Below, in pieces: positions 54,189-62,962 of a DNA stretch of 64,000 bases; within the stretch, counting starts at the first letter, position 1; each line of letters begins with the position of its first letter. The stretch is taken from the NCBI GenBank assembly GCA_038064075.1, contig JBBTTU010000004.1:647-64646 (forward strand). The letters run 5' to 3'. The notes under the pieces were generated by a model. It was not told the origin of the DNA and searched no databases. It saw only the letters and a program-made list of their open reading frames with translations. The translations under genes and the position numbers were made by a program. The stretch comes from Patescibacteria group bacterium. GTDB lineage: Bacteria > Patescibacteriota > Minisyncoccia > HO2-45-28.

Positions 54189-55304
54189 TTATTTTTTGAA
54201 ATAGCGGGCAACGGTATCGGTAACGTGCTTCAATTCATTGTTTGTAAGATGGACAAATGAAGGCAGCCATAATCCGCGCCGGCCGCAACGCTCCGCAATC
54301 GGGAAGTTTTTGCCTGCATACTGCTCCCGATAAATTTTTTGAGTGTTTATGGCCGGATAAAAATTACGCGTTCCGATGCCCTTGTCTTTAAGAAATCCGG
54401 CAAGCCCGTCGCGATCCTGGACAAAAATATCAATAAACCACGGCGTGGTTATATTTAGGTCAGTCGGGATAAATTCAATTTCAGGGAGAGAAGAAAGCCG
54501 GTCATAATAGTAAGCGTAGATTTCTTTTTTGCGGCGGATTCTCTCGGACAATTTTTTGAATTGTTCCAGACCGATGACCGCTAAAATGTTTGAAAATTTA
54601 AAATTCCAGCCCGGATAATCGTGAATATCGCTGGATGTCTGGCCAAAATTTTTTAAAAGGTTGGTTTTTTTATACAATTCTTCGCTGTCTGTCACTAAAG
54701 CGCCTCCCTGGCCGGTGGTGATAATTTTAAATAAACTGAAAGAAAAACTGCCGATGTCTCCAAAAGTTCCCAAATGTTTTTTATTCAAGCGGTTTCCTTT
54801 CCAATAAGACCCAAGCGCCTGAGCCGCATCTTCAATCAGAAACAGGTTATATTTTTTTGTGAATTCCACAATTTGATCCATATTGCCCGAGCGGCCGTTG
54901 AGCGGCACGTACATCACGGCTTTCGTTTTCGGCGTAACGGCCTGGGCGGCTTTTTTAAGATCCATGCAGAGCGTGTTTGCTTCTATATCAACGAGCACCG
55001 GCTCTACGCCGATCAAAGCGCAGGCGTTTGCCGTCGCAATCATGGTGGTTGCCGGCACCAAAACCTCCTCTCCCGGTTTGATATCCAGCGCGAGAAGAGC
55101 GAGCGTAAGAGTTATTGTGCCGTTTACGGAGAAGATGCCGTAACGCGCGCCGGTGAAATTCGCCAGTTCTTCTTCCAGTTTATTGGTTGAAGAAATATCC
55201 CAGCGATTATGCTTCATAAAGTCAAAAAGCGCGCGGCCTTCCGCCTCGTCAAAGTGAGGCTCCATTTGGGGAATTTCTTTCTTAAAAAATCTTTTAAGAT
55301 TCAT
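54189..55304 (-). CDS. DegT/DnrJ/EryC1/StrS-family PLP-dependent sugar aminotransferase (FdtB/Per/ColD-like).
   Basis: 'GTFGDIGSFSFSLFKIITTGQGGALVT' (PLP lysine context) and 'FIEDAAQALGS'. Confidence 0.75.
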   Translation of the reverse strand: MNLKRFFKKEIPQMEPHFDEAEGRALFDFMKHNRWDISSTNKLEEELANFTGARYGIFSVNGTITLTLALLALDIKPGEEVLVPATTMIATANACALIGVEPVLVDIEANTLCMDLKKAAQAVTPKTKAVMYVPLNGRSGNMDQIVEFTKKYNLFLIEDAAQALGSYWKGNRLNKKHLGTFGDIGSFSFSLFKIITTGQGGALVTDSEELYKKTNLLKNFGQTSSDIHDYPGWNFKFSNILAVIGLEQFKKLSERIRRKKEIYAYYYDRLSSLPEIEFIPTDLNITTPWFIDIFVQDRDGLAGFLKDKGIGTRNFYPAINTQKIYREQYAGKNFPIAERCGRRGLWLPSFVHLTNNELKHVTDTVARYFKK

Positions 55305-55698
55305 ATAACCGCTTTATCACCGCTTTATCATCGTGAAACGGACCGCTTTTTGCTTCAAAAAGCTCGGAGTCTTTAATCATGGTGATGCCGTACCCGCCGT
55401 TTAAAATAATAAACGCGTCCCCCGGGTTTAAATAAATATATTTGATGAATTCAAAAGCCGGCCTCGGACCGTGAATATCCAAACGCACCTTTCCTTTTCT
55501 TAAAAAAAGGCATTCCTGAACATATTTTATTGTAAGATTGCTGGAATTATGATAATGTGGATCTAAGCGGGTGCCTTTTGGGTGTTTGATTGTCAAAAGC
55601 TGCAAATGCTCTTTTGCGTGAGTTAATGGTTTTGTTTTTTCGCCCATTTTTGTTATTTTTATGCCGATGAGTTTGCCTTTATAAAAAATCTTGTTCAT
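55294..55698 (-). CDS. WxcM/FdtA-like cupin, a putative sugar-nucleotide 3,4-ketoisomerase.
   Basis: 134 aa. 'HPKGTRLDPHYHNSSNLTIKYVQECLFLRKGKVRLDI' carries the cupin His pair. It overlaps and precedes the DegT aminotransferase, as in fdtA-fdtB pairs. Confidence 0.5.
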   Translation of the reverse strand: MNKIFYKGKLIGIKITKMGEKTKPLTHAKEHLQLLTIKHPKGTRLDPHYHNSSNLTIKYVQECLFLRKGKVRLDIHGPRPAFEFIKYIYLNPGDAFIILNGGYGITMIKDSELFEAKSGPFHDDKAVIKRLYES

Positions 55699-55712
55699 AA
55701 CGGCATAATATC

Positions 55713-56987
55713 ATGAAAATTTATTTTGTCACATCAAAAATGAAGAATATCAACACGGCCGCCGGTTCTGTTATTATGCTTAGATTTATTATGCAAGAAC
55801 TGATCAAGCTCGGAAATGATGTAGCTTGCGTCACGGTTTTTTCCCATTTCAACGACCTCACGGAGACAACTCCGTTTAAATTAATTGAAGAACGCATTTC
55901 ATCCCTTCGTCTGTTTCCCATTCATTGGAATGTTTTTAAGATTTTGAAAAAGTACGAAAATGACTGCGACATTTTTTATATAGACGGTCAGTTTATGTAC
56001 GGCGGAGGGCTATACCGTTTGCTTGGCGGCAAAAGGCCGGTTTTTGCCAATCTCATCCGCCCTCCTCTGGTTATGGACGAATATGTTTCTCCTCTTTTTC
56101 AAAGACAGACGGGATCCGGGAAATTTTCTCTTATGAAATTTTTAACAGGCATTAAGAAAAAAATACGCTGGTTCATTGACAGATTTATGCTTGTGCGCCT
56201 TGCTTCCCGCGTGGATTTTGTCTCCGCTATTAACCCTATTCTTAATCGGGTGCATTATAAATTTGGGCTGAAACCGGCGGCGCAAGCTCTGTTGATCGGC
56301 GATGCTTATCCTATGGTTGAAACCATGGAAAAAGAAGGGATAGATGAATGGTCATACCGAAATCGGGTTGGAAAAAACGAAAAAGTCATTCTTTATTTTT
56401 CCGGACGCATGGCTGCGGGAAAAGGATATGATTTGCTGCTGGCCGCGTTTACAAAGGTTAAAAATAAAGAAAAATTTAAACTTGTTTTAGGGGGATCCGG
56501 GCCCGAAGAAGACGAAGTGCGCCGGATGATAAAAGATTTCAGTTTAGAAAAATATGTGGAGCTTCCGGGCTGGCTTTCCAAAAAACAATTTTTTGAATAT
56601 TTGAAACAGGCGGATATCTATGTTTTTTCCAGGTGGGGAGCCTATTTTACTTCCGCTATCGCCTTAAACGAAGCCATGGTATTCGGGCTTCCGTCAATTG
56701 TGCCTTCTGGAACCGGTCTTTCATGGACCGCGGGCAAGAGCGCCGTCACATTTGAGCCTGAAAATGCCGACGACCTTGCGCGTAAAATTGAGCTTTTGGG
56801 AGAGGATGCCGAACTGCGAAAAGAACTTTCGCGCCGCTGCTATGAAAGATTAAAAGAGCCCGATATTGATCCGCGCCAGGTTGTTATCGCTATGAATGTT
56901 TTGATGAAAAGCTTGGTTGTAAGCCCGAAAAACAAATATCCTTTGGAGCGATTTCTTAACGGTTATTTTGGAGAAAGGGTTGACTGA
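55713..56987 (+). CDS. Glycosyltransferase family 4.
   Basis: 'ILYFSGRMAAGKGYDLLLAAF' and 'IVPSGTGLSWTAGKSAVTFEPEN'. Weaker than the other GT4 genes. Confidence 0.5.
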   Translation: MKIYFVTSKMKNINTAAGSVIMLRFIMQELIKLGNDVACVTVFSHFNDLTETTPFKLIEERISSLRLFPIHWNVFKILKKYENDCDIFYIDGQFMYGGGLYRLLGGKRPVFANLIRPPLVMDEYVSPLFQRQTGSGKFSLMKFLTGIKKKIRWFIDRFMLVRLASRVDFVSAINPILNRVHYKFGLKPAAQALLIGDAYPMVETMEKEGIDEWSYRNRVGKNEKVILYFSGRMAAGKGYDLLLAAFTKVKNKEKFKLVLGGSGPEEDEVRRMIKDFSLEKYVELPGWLSKKQFFEYLKQADIYVFSRWGAYFTSAIALNEAMVFGLPSIVPSGTGLSWTAGKSAVTFEPENADDLARKIELLGEDAELRKELSRRCYERLKEPDIDPRQVVIAMNVLMKSLVVSPKNKYPLERFLNGYFGERVD

Positions 56988-57017
56988 TGGCACTCTTCTT
57001 GTTTATTTTTTAATAAT

Positions 57018-58007
57018 ATGGGCAAAACAGCTTTCATTACCGGAATAACCGGACAAGACGGTTCATACTTAGCCGAATTTTTAATTAACAAAGGTTATGT
57101 TGTTCATGGTTTGATCAGGAGGACTTCGTTTTTTAACTTTTCCAGAATTGAACATTTTCTCAAGCGGCATAACACAAGCGTTTTTCTCCATTATGGAGAT
57201 ATGACCGATCCAGTTTCTCTAGCCCTTATCCTCGCGAAAATCCGTCCCGAAGAGATATATAACCTTGCGGCTCAATCGGATGTCCGCGTGTCTTTTGAAA
57301 CTCCTCTTTATACCGCGCAGGCTTCGGGAGTCGGGGTCTTGAATCTTTTAGAGGCAGTGAAGGCGTTAGGGCTTAAATCAAAAATATACCAGGCTTCCAC
57401 TTCCGAACTCTTCTCGGGCGACCCGTCAGAATCTCCTCAAAACGAACTGACGCCGTTTAAACCCAAAAGTCCTTACGGAGTCGCCAAGCTTTACGGATAT
57501 GAAATCGCGCGAATTTACAGGGAGTCGTACGGAATGTTTGTTTCAAACGGAATACTTTTCAACCACGAATCGGAACGCAGAGGCGAGGAGTTCGTAACAA
57601 AAAAAATAACGCTTGGCGTCAAAAACATACTTTCCGGAAAAGAAAAGCACATAACTCTGGGAAATCTGAATTCGCAAAGAGATTGGGGATATGCTCCGGA
57701 ATATGTGGAGAGCATGTGGCTTATGCTTCAGCATGAAAAGCCGGATGATTTTATAATTGCCACCGGGGAGACGCACTCGGTCAAAGAATTTTTAGATGAG
57801 GCCTGCGGCCTTGTCGGGCTGGATCCGGAGAAAGTGGTAAAAATTGACCAAAAAATCATAAGACCCAACGAAGTCAATTATCTTTGCGGCGACTGCTCTA
57901 AAGCCAAAAAAATTCTTGGCTGGGAGCCAAAAACAAAGTTTAAAGACATTGTAAAAATAATGCTGAGAGCGGAGCTGCGGGGCTCCGGGATAAAAGTTGA
58001 TTTTTAG
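57018..58007 (+). CDS. gmd: GDP-mannose 4,6-dehydratase.
   Basis: 'AFITGITGQDGSYLAEFLINKGYVVHGLIRRTSFFNFSRIEH', 'YQASTSELFG', 'SPYGVAKLYGYEIARIYRESYGMF'. Highly diagnostic for Gmd. Confidence 0.85.
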   Translation: MGKTAFITGITGQDGSYLAEFLINKGYVVHGLIRRTSFFNFSRIEHFLKRHNTSVFLHYGDMTDPVSLALILAKIRPEEIYNLAAQSDVRVSFETPLYTAQASGVGVLNLLEAVKALGLKSKIYQASTSELFSGDPSESPQNELTPFKPKSPYGVAKLYGYEIARIYRESYGMFVSNGILFNHESERRGEEFVTKKITLGVKNILSGKEKHITLGNLNSQRDWGYAPEYVESMWLMLQHEKPDDFIIATGETHSVKEFLDEACGLVGLDPEKVVKIDQKIIRPNEVNYLCGDCSKAKKILGWEPKTKFKDIVKIMLRAELRGSGIKVDF

Positions 58008-58780
58008 ACCGGTCTTTTTGTTTGGCGAAAAAGGGCTTTAACGGGGTTTTTGATCGGCTGGGGCAGGGAGGCAAGCGCCATATAAATTTTGTGGTTTAAA
58101 TATAAAAGAGCGCTTTGAATTCGGGTCAGGCGGTTTTTTATTTTGTCCAGAATTGTTATTTTTTCTGATTTTTGTATCGCGGCCGTGGTCCCCCGGATTT
58201 TTATAATTTTGAAATTGCCGGAGCCGAAAATAAAATCTTTCATAAATTTTCTCACCGGCTTCCATCCGTGCAGCGGAATACCTTCAAGAATTCCCGAAAC
58301 TGACGGCACGGCGTTGTGCAGGGCATAAATGCCGCCGCTGGCAAGACAGCGCGACCACTCAAAAAAATCCCTTCTGGTTAATTCATAGTCGTAGTAATTG
58401 GAATCAACAAAAATCAACCCTATCGGCTTGGTCCAGTTTTTGACCGCTTCAAACGAAGTCATAACCACCGGCTCAATAATATTTTCAAGTCCGGCGTTCT
58501 TGATGTTCCGCTTGAATTCTTCAAATGTGTTTAAGGCCCCGTAAGTCTTTTGGTCCGGGCTTCCGGTGTGCGGGTCAACGGCGTAAACTTTAGCGCCCCA
58601 TCCGTTTTTTGAACCAAGACCGAGGCAGATTGTTGATTTGCCTTTCCAGGAACCTAATTCCACTATCACTCCATTTTTGCAATTCTTCGCCGCCTCATAA
58701 AGAAATATCGCCTCTTTTGTTGAAACGCATCCCGGTATGCCTGATATTTTTTGCAGCAGGTCTAAATGTTCTTGTTTCAT
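58004..58780 (-). CDS. Class I SAM-dependent methyltransferase (Methyltransf_24 / TylF-MycF-like O-methyltransferase fold).
   Basis: 'GVIVELGSWKGKSTICLG' and 'GLIFVDSNYYDYELTRRDFFEWSRCLASGGIYALHN'. Confidence 0.55.
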   Translation of the reverse strand: MKQEHLDLLQKISGIPGCVSTKEAIFLYEAAKNCKNGVIVELGSWKGKSTICLGLGSKNGWGAKVYAVDPHTGSPDQKTYGALNTFEEFKRNIKNAGLENIIEPVVMTSFEAVKNWTKPIGLIFVDSNYYDYELTRRDFFEWSRCLASGGIYALHNAVPSVSGILEGIPLHGWKPVRKFMKDFIFGSGNFKIIKIRGTTAAIQKSEKITILDKIKNRLTRIQSALLYLNHKIYMALASLPQPIKNPVKALFRQTKRPV

Positions 58781-60306
58781 GCCGATTCCTGAATTGATAA
58801 AGCGGCTAGATTCAGCTTTTTAGCCAAGTAATCAACAAAAGGCTCAACGACCTTTTGTTTTTTCTCCATATTTGATCCGCCTTCAATATCCCAGATTTGA
58901 ACCAAATCCAAATCGGCGCTTTCTTTGTAAATGGCCGCGATTAAATTAATAAGCGCCGGCTCGCTGTAATTAAAATTTTCAAGCTGCTCTTTGACGATGT
59001 GCGGCAGATCTTCTATTGCCGCGCATTTTTTTGCCATGGGCAAGGCGTTATAAAACACATTGCCGAAAGTTACCGCCGGTTTTTTAAGCAAAACAGCTTC
59101 CCAGCCGGCCGTGCTGTTTATGGTTATTATAAGCTTCGCGTTTTTTGTTATCGGGAAGCTTTCCAGTGAAGGATCCACAAGTCTGACATTCGGTATTTTT
59201 TTTAATTCTTTGTAAAAACGCCGGGTGCGGTATCCAAACATGGCCGGATGCTCTTTAACATATAATTTGCAGGCAATCGGCAGAGAGCGGGCGATTTGTT
59301 TTATCAGCCACAGCTGGTCGGTATAAAACGGCGCGAAAAGAGAAATGGACATTTCCGGCTCAAGATGCATAGGGAAGAAAGCAAAATCCTCCTCCAAATC
59401 AGGCGCGTCGTATAAATCGTTAAAACCGATCAAGACCCTTAATTTTCTTTTGATCTTGTCAATGAAATAGTGCCACGGCTTTATTACCTCAAAATCGTCT
59501 TTATGCGGGTTGATCAGGTAGTCATAAATTATTTTAAAGTTCCAAACAAGCGAGCGGGCGATATTTTCCGGCCGCAGGAACTTAAATTGGTTTTTTCTGC
59601 CAATCGGCCTTTTTTTGGGCGAATCGGTCGTAGAATGAGGGCGCGGGTTCGCCCTGAACTCTTCTAAAAACGCTTGAGCCATTTTTATTTCTTTGATTTC
59701 GGGCATCGGATTTTTTTGTAAATCAGAAAACATATCGCTGATATAACTTAGATTTCCGTGGTTTGTCGTAAGCGAATATCTCGCTCCCACGCGCGTAGTT
59801 TGGATAAATAAAGTTTTTATGCCCATTTTTTTAGCCGCATGATACATAAGAAGCGTCGCGATATCAACAATGACTGACAAAAGGACAAAATCAGGTTTTT
59901 GTCTTTCCAAGAATTTGATCATGGCGCGCGCTTTAACCTGAAGGATTCTCATCATTTCTTCGTGGGAATATTTCGGCCGATCATAAGGATATTCCCTGAC
60001 CAGCTGGCCGCGCCGGACTACGCGGTCAATTTCAATATAAGGCCACAGGTTGGGAATTCCGTATTCTTTTTCAAGCCAGCGCAAATAATTGAGATCGAGC
60101 GGCTCGTCTTTGTATTGTTTATGGATATCCTCGTCCAGCAGAAGTTCGGCATAGTTTATTTCTTTTTGGGTTTTTAGAAAATTCAGGCTGTCTCTTTGAT
60201 AGACATAGCCGCAAAAATCTTGGACGCCGTATTTTTTCCGCAAAACCGCGGCCATGGCGTGGCCGACATAAGCAAACCTTCGTTGCAATAATAAGCAGGC
60301 TTTCAT
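58777..60306 (-). CDS. Putative polysaccharide biosynthesis GT-B-like protein (KpsS/Capsule_synth-like or TagF-like). Family uncertain.
   Basis: 'FFPMHLEPEMSI', 'LYVKEHPAMFG', 'LIITINSTAGWEAVLLKKPAVTFGNVFY' resemble the HP-containing core of capsule-synthesis transferases. Assigned from memory only. Confidence 0.3.
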   Translation of the reverse strand: MKACLLLQRRFAYVGHAMAAVLRKKYGVQDFCGYVYQRDSLNFLKTQKEINYAELLLDEDIHKQYKDEPLDLNYLRWLEKEYGIPNLWPYIEIDRVVRRGQLVREYPYDRPKYSHEEMMRILQVKARAMIKFLERQKPDFVLLSVIVDIATLLMYHAAKKMGIKTLFIQTTRVGARYSLTTNHGNLSYISDMFSDLQKNPMPEIKEIKMAQAFLEEFRANPRPHSTTDSPKKRPIGRKNQFKFLRPENIARSLVWNFKIIYDYLINPHKDDFEVIKPWHYFIDKIKRKLRVLIGFNDLYDAPDLEEDFAFFPMHLEPEMSISLFAPFYTDQLWLIKQIARSLPIACKLYVKEHPAMFGYRTRRFYKELKKIPNVRLVDPSLESFPITKNAKLIITINSTAGWEAVLLKKPAVTFGNVFYNALPMAKKCAAIEDLPHIVKEQLENFNYSEPALINLIAAIYKESADLDLVQIWDIEGGSNMEKKQKVVEPFVDYLAKKLNLAALSIQESA

Positions 60307-62846
60307 TGATTTATTTTCAGAAGCGTCTCAATTCTTTTATTCAGCGCGATCGCTCCTTGTTCCATAAGTTTTGGATAGCGGAATTCAACGATATTTTCTC
60401 CGGGAGGAACAAGAATTGCTTGATAAAGATAGTTGGCGGTATAGATCGGGGCACTTTTGGCGTTGACGGTCGCCTGCCAGAAATCAGGGAACCGGCTTTC
60501 GCTAAAAATCAAAAAACGGTGATTTTCAGTTTTGGTTTTGAGCCGCAAGTTTCCGGCGGTGTAAAGTTGGAGCTCTATTTTGTCGCTCGGGCTTGATTTT
60601 GTTGAAAGCGCTTCGTCGTTTAAGGTTAATGGTTCCAGAACAGTTGTTTTTTTAAAGTCCTGAACTTGGTCAAGAGTTTTCAGTATTTCAGCGTCATTTC
60701 CTTCAGCCCACAAAACTTTTTCAGAAAAATACCAGCGGGGCATAAAATGTTTATTTTCATAAATATAGACCGGAATATTCGTATTGGCGGCTAGAGTCGC
60801 AAATATCGGCCGCGATTCATTTTTCAGCATGAGCGGAGTCAGGATATATCGGATATTAAGCGCGCCTAAAAGGCGCATGTTTTTTTCATCAGAAAAAGCT
60901 TTTAGGTAATCATCAAGGGAAACAGTGTCTTTGTATGATGTCGCTATGGATACATCCTGCCGCATCGCCGTAAAATATAAAGCCATTAATCGTTTAAGCG
61001 CCAATGTCTGGGTGTTTCGGAAAGCGTCAAAATCAAACATTGCGTGGATATTGTATTCCATCATTTCCCGGCTGAACCACCGCCGTTTTTCGCTGTCATA
61101 GATAGTGTCAATTCCGTATTCTTTTGATAATCTCGCCAGAAATTGATAAGGCGTATAAAGAAAAATTCTGTAAGGAACAAAACTCGCGGAGTTTTCGGAA
61201 TCAAGCGGCAATTTGCGGCTGGTGTAGGGATTGATTGAATGCAGGAATTTGGCGGTTTCCGGTTCTGTTTTTAAATACGAGGCCGGCGGTCCGTTGAATA
61301 TATCGGTCCAAAATAAAGCGCTGCCGAGGAGCGTGATAATCACGGCTGATTTTCTCCATTTTTGATACGGCACGAGCTCATATTTGCCGAGAGTCAAATA
61401 TAAGAGAGCAATCAGCCATAAAAAAGAAGAAAGCAAAATCCATTTGTTTTTTAAAGAAAAATTATCCACCAAGCTGTTTGCCATTTCAGTTATAACTTGA
61501 CGGTAATACGCCGCGGGCCGGCTGAATATTCTGTCCGGGACGTTTTGATAGCGCGCGACGCCGTATGAAGCGAGCGACAATTTAATCCGGCTGTCAAAGA
61601 GAGCGATGAACCCGGCCGCAAACACAGCCAGAATAAAAAGAGACCATAATGCGATTATCGCGCGTTTTGAAAGTCGGTGCTGGAAAAAATCGCGCAAGTT
61701 GTCAAAGCCGTATCCGGCAAGAATTGCAAGAGAAAAAACAATTACAAAAGACCATTTCCAGTATCCGCCGAACCATTTGAGCACCGGAAGCCGGTGAAAC
61801 AGCCAGAATAGCGGCGAATGGCTTACGGTCATCAAAATGGAGCCGGCCGCAAGGCCGATAAAAAACGGCAGGTATCGGTTTCCTTTGATATTTTTTATGA
61901 AAAGAACCGAAAGCGCCAGCAGAAGAGGCAGCGTTCCGAAAAAAAGCAGATAAGGTTCGTTTCCGAGGGGAAAGAACGGCAGCAGGTCGCCGTAAAGAAC
62001 GGAAATGCGGGGATTGAACATATAGAGGAAATGGGCAAGGGTGGTCGGCATGTAGGCCGCGCCGTCGCCCGTGCCGCCGGCTCTTTCCGAATATGAAATA
62101 AAATGCAGCACTGACAAGAACCACGGCGAAAGAATAAGTGCGCTTAAAGGAATCGCGCCGAAAAATATAAGAGGATATCGCCAGCTGAAATTTTCAGAAT
62201 TTCTTTTTTGGAAAATCAAATATATCGCGAAAAATCCAAGCGCGGTCAAAGCGTAGACAATCATTTCCGACCAGCCGCCGATCCAGGCGTAAAACATAAG
62301 GGCGAACCATATCCAGAACCAGCGCAGGCGTCCCTCAAAAATTTTCAAAAGACACAAAAAAGAAAGAGGCAAAAATGGCATTAAAGCCGCGATAGTGGTT
62401 ATGCCGACGTATCTTACGACTACGCCGCTGAAGGAATAAGACACGGCCGCGATCAAACTCGCTGTCCGGCTCAAATTCAGCGTTCTTGCCAAGGCGTATA
62501 AACCTAATCCGTTTGCGACGAAAAACGCGGCAATCATGATGTTATTGGCAAAAAACGGCGAGAGATATTTGAGAATAAAAATAAAAACAGGATTTAAAAA
62601 AGCGTCCAGCGTCAGGTTAATCGGATATCCGGAATTATAGGCCGGCCACCAGTTTGGCAGCATTTTCAAGTCATATACGAAGCGCGCCATCTCCTTGAAA
62701 TACATATAATGAAATAAACTGCCTCCTCCCATTGACGGCAATTTTCCAAGCAGGAACGGCCAAAATAAAAATAATGATCCCGCCGACAGAACAAAAACCG
62801 CGAAAGCCCCGCCGTAAAAACGTTTAAACTTAAAAAGTTTATTCAT
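60303..62846 (-). CDS. YfhO-like large polytopic membrane protein (putative glycosyltransferase for envelope polymer glycosylation).
   Basis: 847 aa. N-terminal and mid-protein TM clusters ('FAVFVLSAGSLFLFWPFLLG', 'YFKEMARFVYDLKMLPNWWPAYNSGYPINL') separated by and followed by soluble domains. Size and topology are typical of the YfhO family. Confidence 0.45.
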   Translation of the reverse strand: MNKLFKFKRFYGGAFAVFVLSAGSLFLFWPFLLGKLPSMGGGSLFHYMYFKEMARFVYDLKMLPNWWPAYNSGYPINLTLDAFLNPVFIFILKYLSPFFANNIMIAAFFVANGLGLYALARTLNLSRTASLIAAVSYSFSGVVVRYVGITTIAALMPFLPLSFLCLLKIFEGRLRWFWIWFALMFYAWIGGWSEMIVYALTALGFFAIYLIFQKRNSENFSWRYPLIFFGAIPLSALILSPWFLSVLHFISYSERAGGTGDGAAYMPTTLAHFLYMFNPRISVLYGDLLPFFPLGNEPYLLFFGTLPLLLALSVLFIKNIKGNRYLPFFIGLAAGSILMTVSHSPLFWLFHRLPVLKWFGGYWKWSFVIVFSLAILAGYGFDNLRDFFQHRLSKRAIIALWSLFILAVFAAGFIALFDSRIKLSLASYGVARYQNVPDRIFSRPAAYYRQVITEMANSLVDNFSLKNKWILLSSFLWLIALLYLTLGKYELVPYQKWRKSAVIITLLGSALFWTDIFNGPPASYLKTEPETAKFLHSINPYTSRKLPLDSENSASFVPYRIFLYTPYQFLARLSKEYGIDTIYDSEKRRWFSREMMEYNIHAMFDFDAFRNTQTLALKRLMALYFTAMRQDVSIATSYKDTVSLDDYLKAFSDEKNMRLLGALNIRYILTPLMLKNESRPIFATLAANTNIPVYIYENKHFMPRWYFSEKVLWAEGNDAEILKTLDQVQDFKKTTVLEPLTLNDEALSTKSSPSDKIELQLYTAGNLRLKTKTENHRFLIFSESRFPDFWQATVNAKSAPIYTANYLYQAILVPPGENIVEFRYPKLMEQGAIALNKRIETLLKINQ

Positions 62847-62908
62847 AATGCTTTTTGCAACTTTTATGGATTTTGAGGACTAAATTAATGATTTTAAAAT
62901 AATAACAC

Positions 62909-62950
62909 ATTGACTTAAATCCATCAATAATCTATTTTAAAATATAAAGT
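62909..62950 (+). promoter_or_regulatory. Putative promoter for pyruvate kinase.
   Basis: TTGACT at 62909-62914, followed by an AT-rich -10-like region (TATTTT/TAAAAT) after a ~17-nt spacer. Position relative to the ATG at 62963 is plausible. Confidence 0.3.
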
Positions 62951-62962
62951 TTAAAATTGTTT

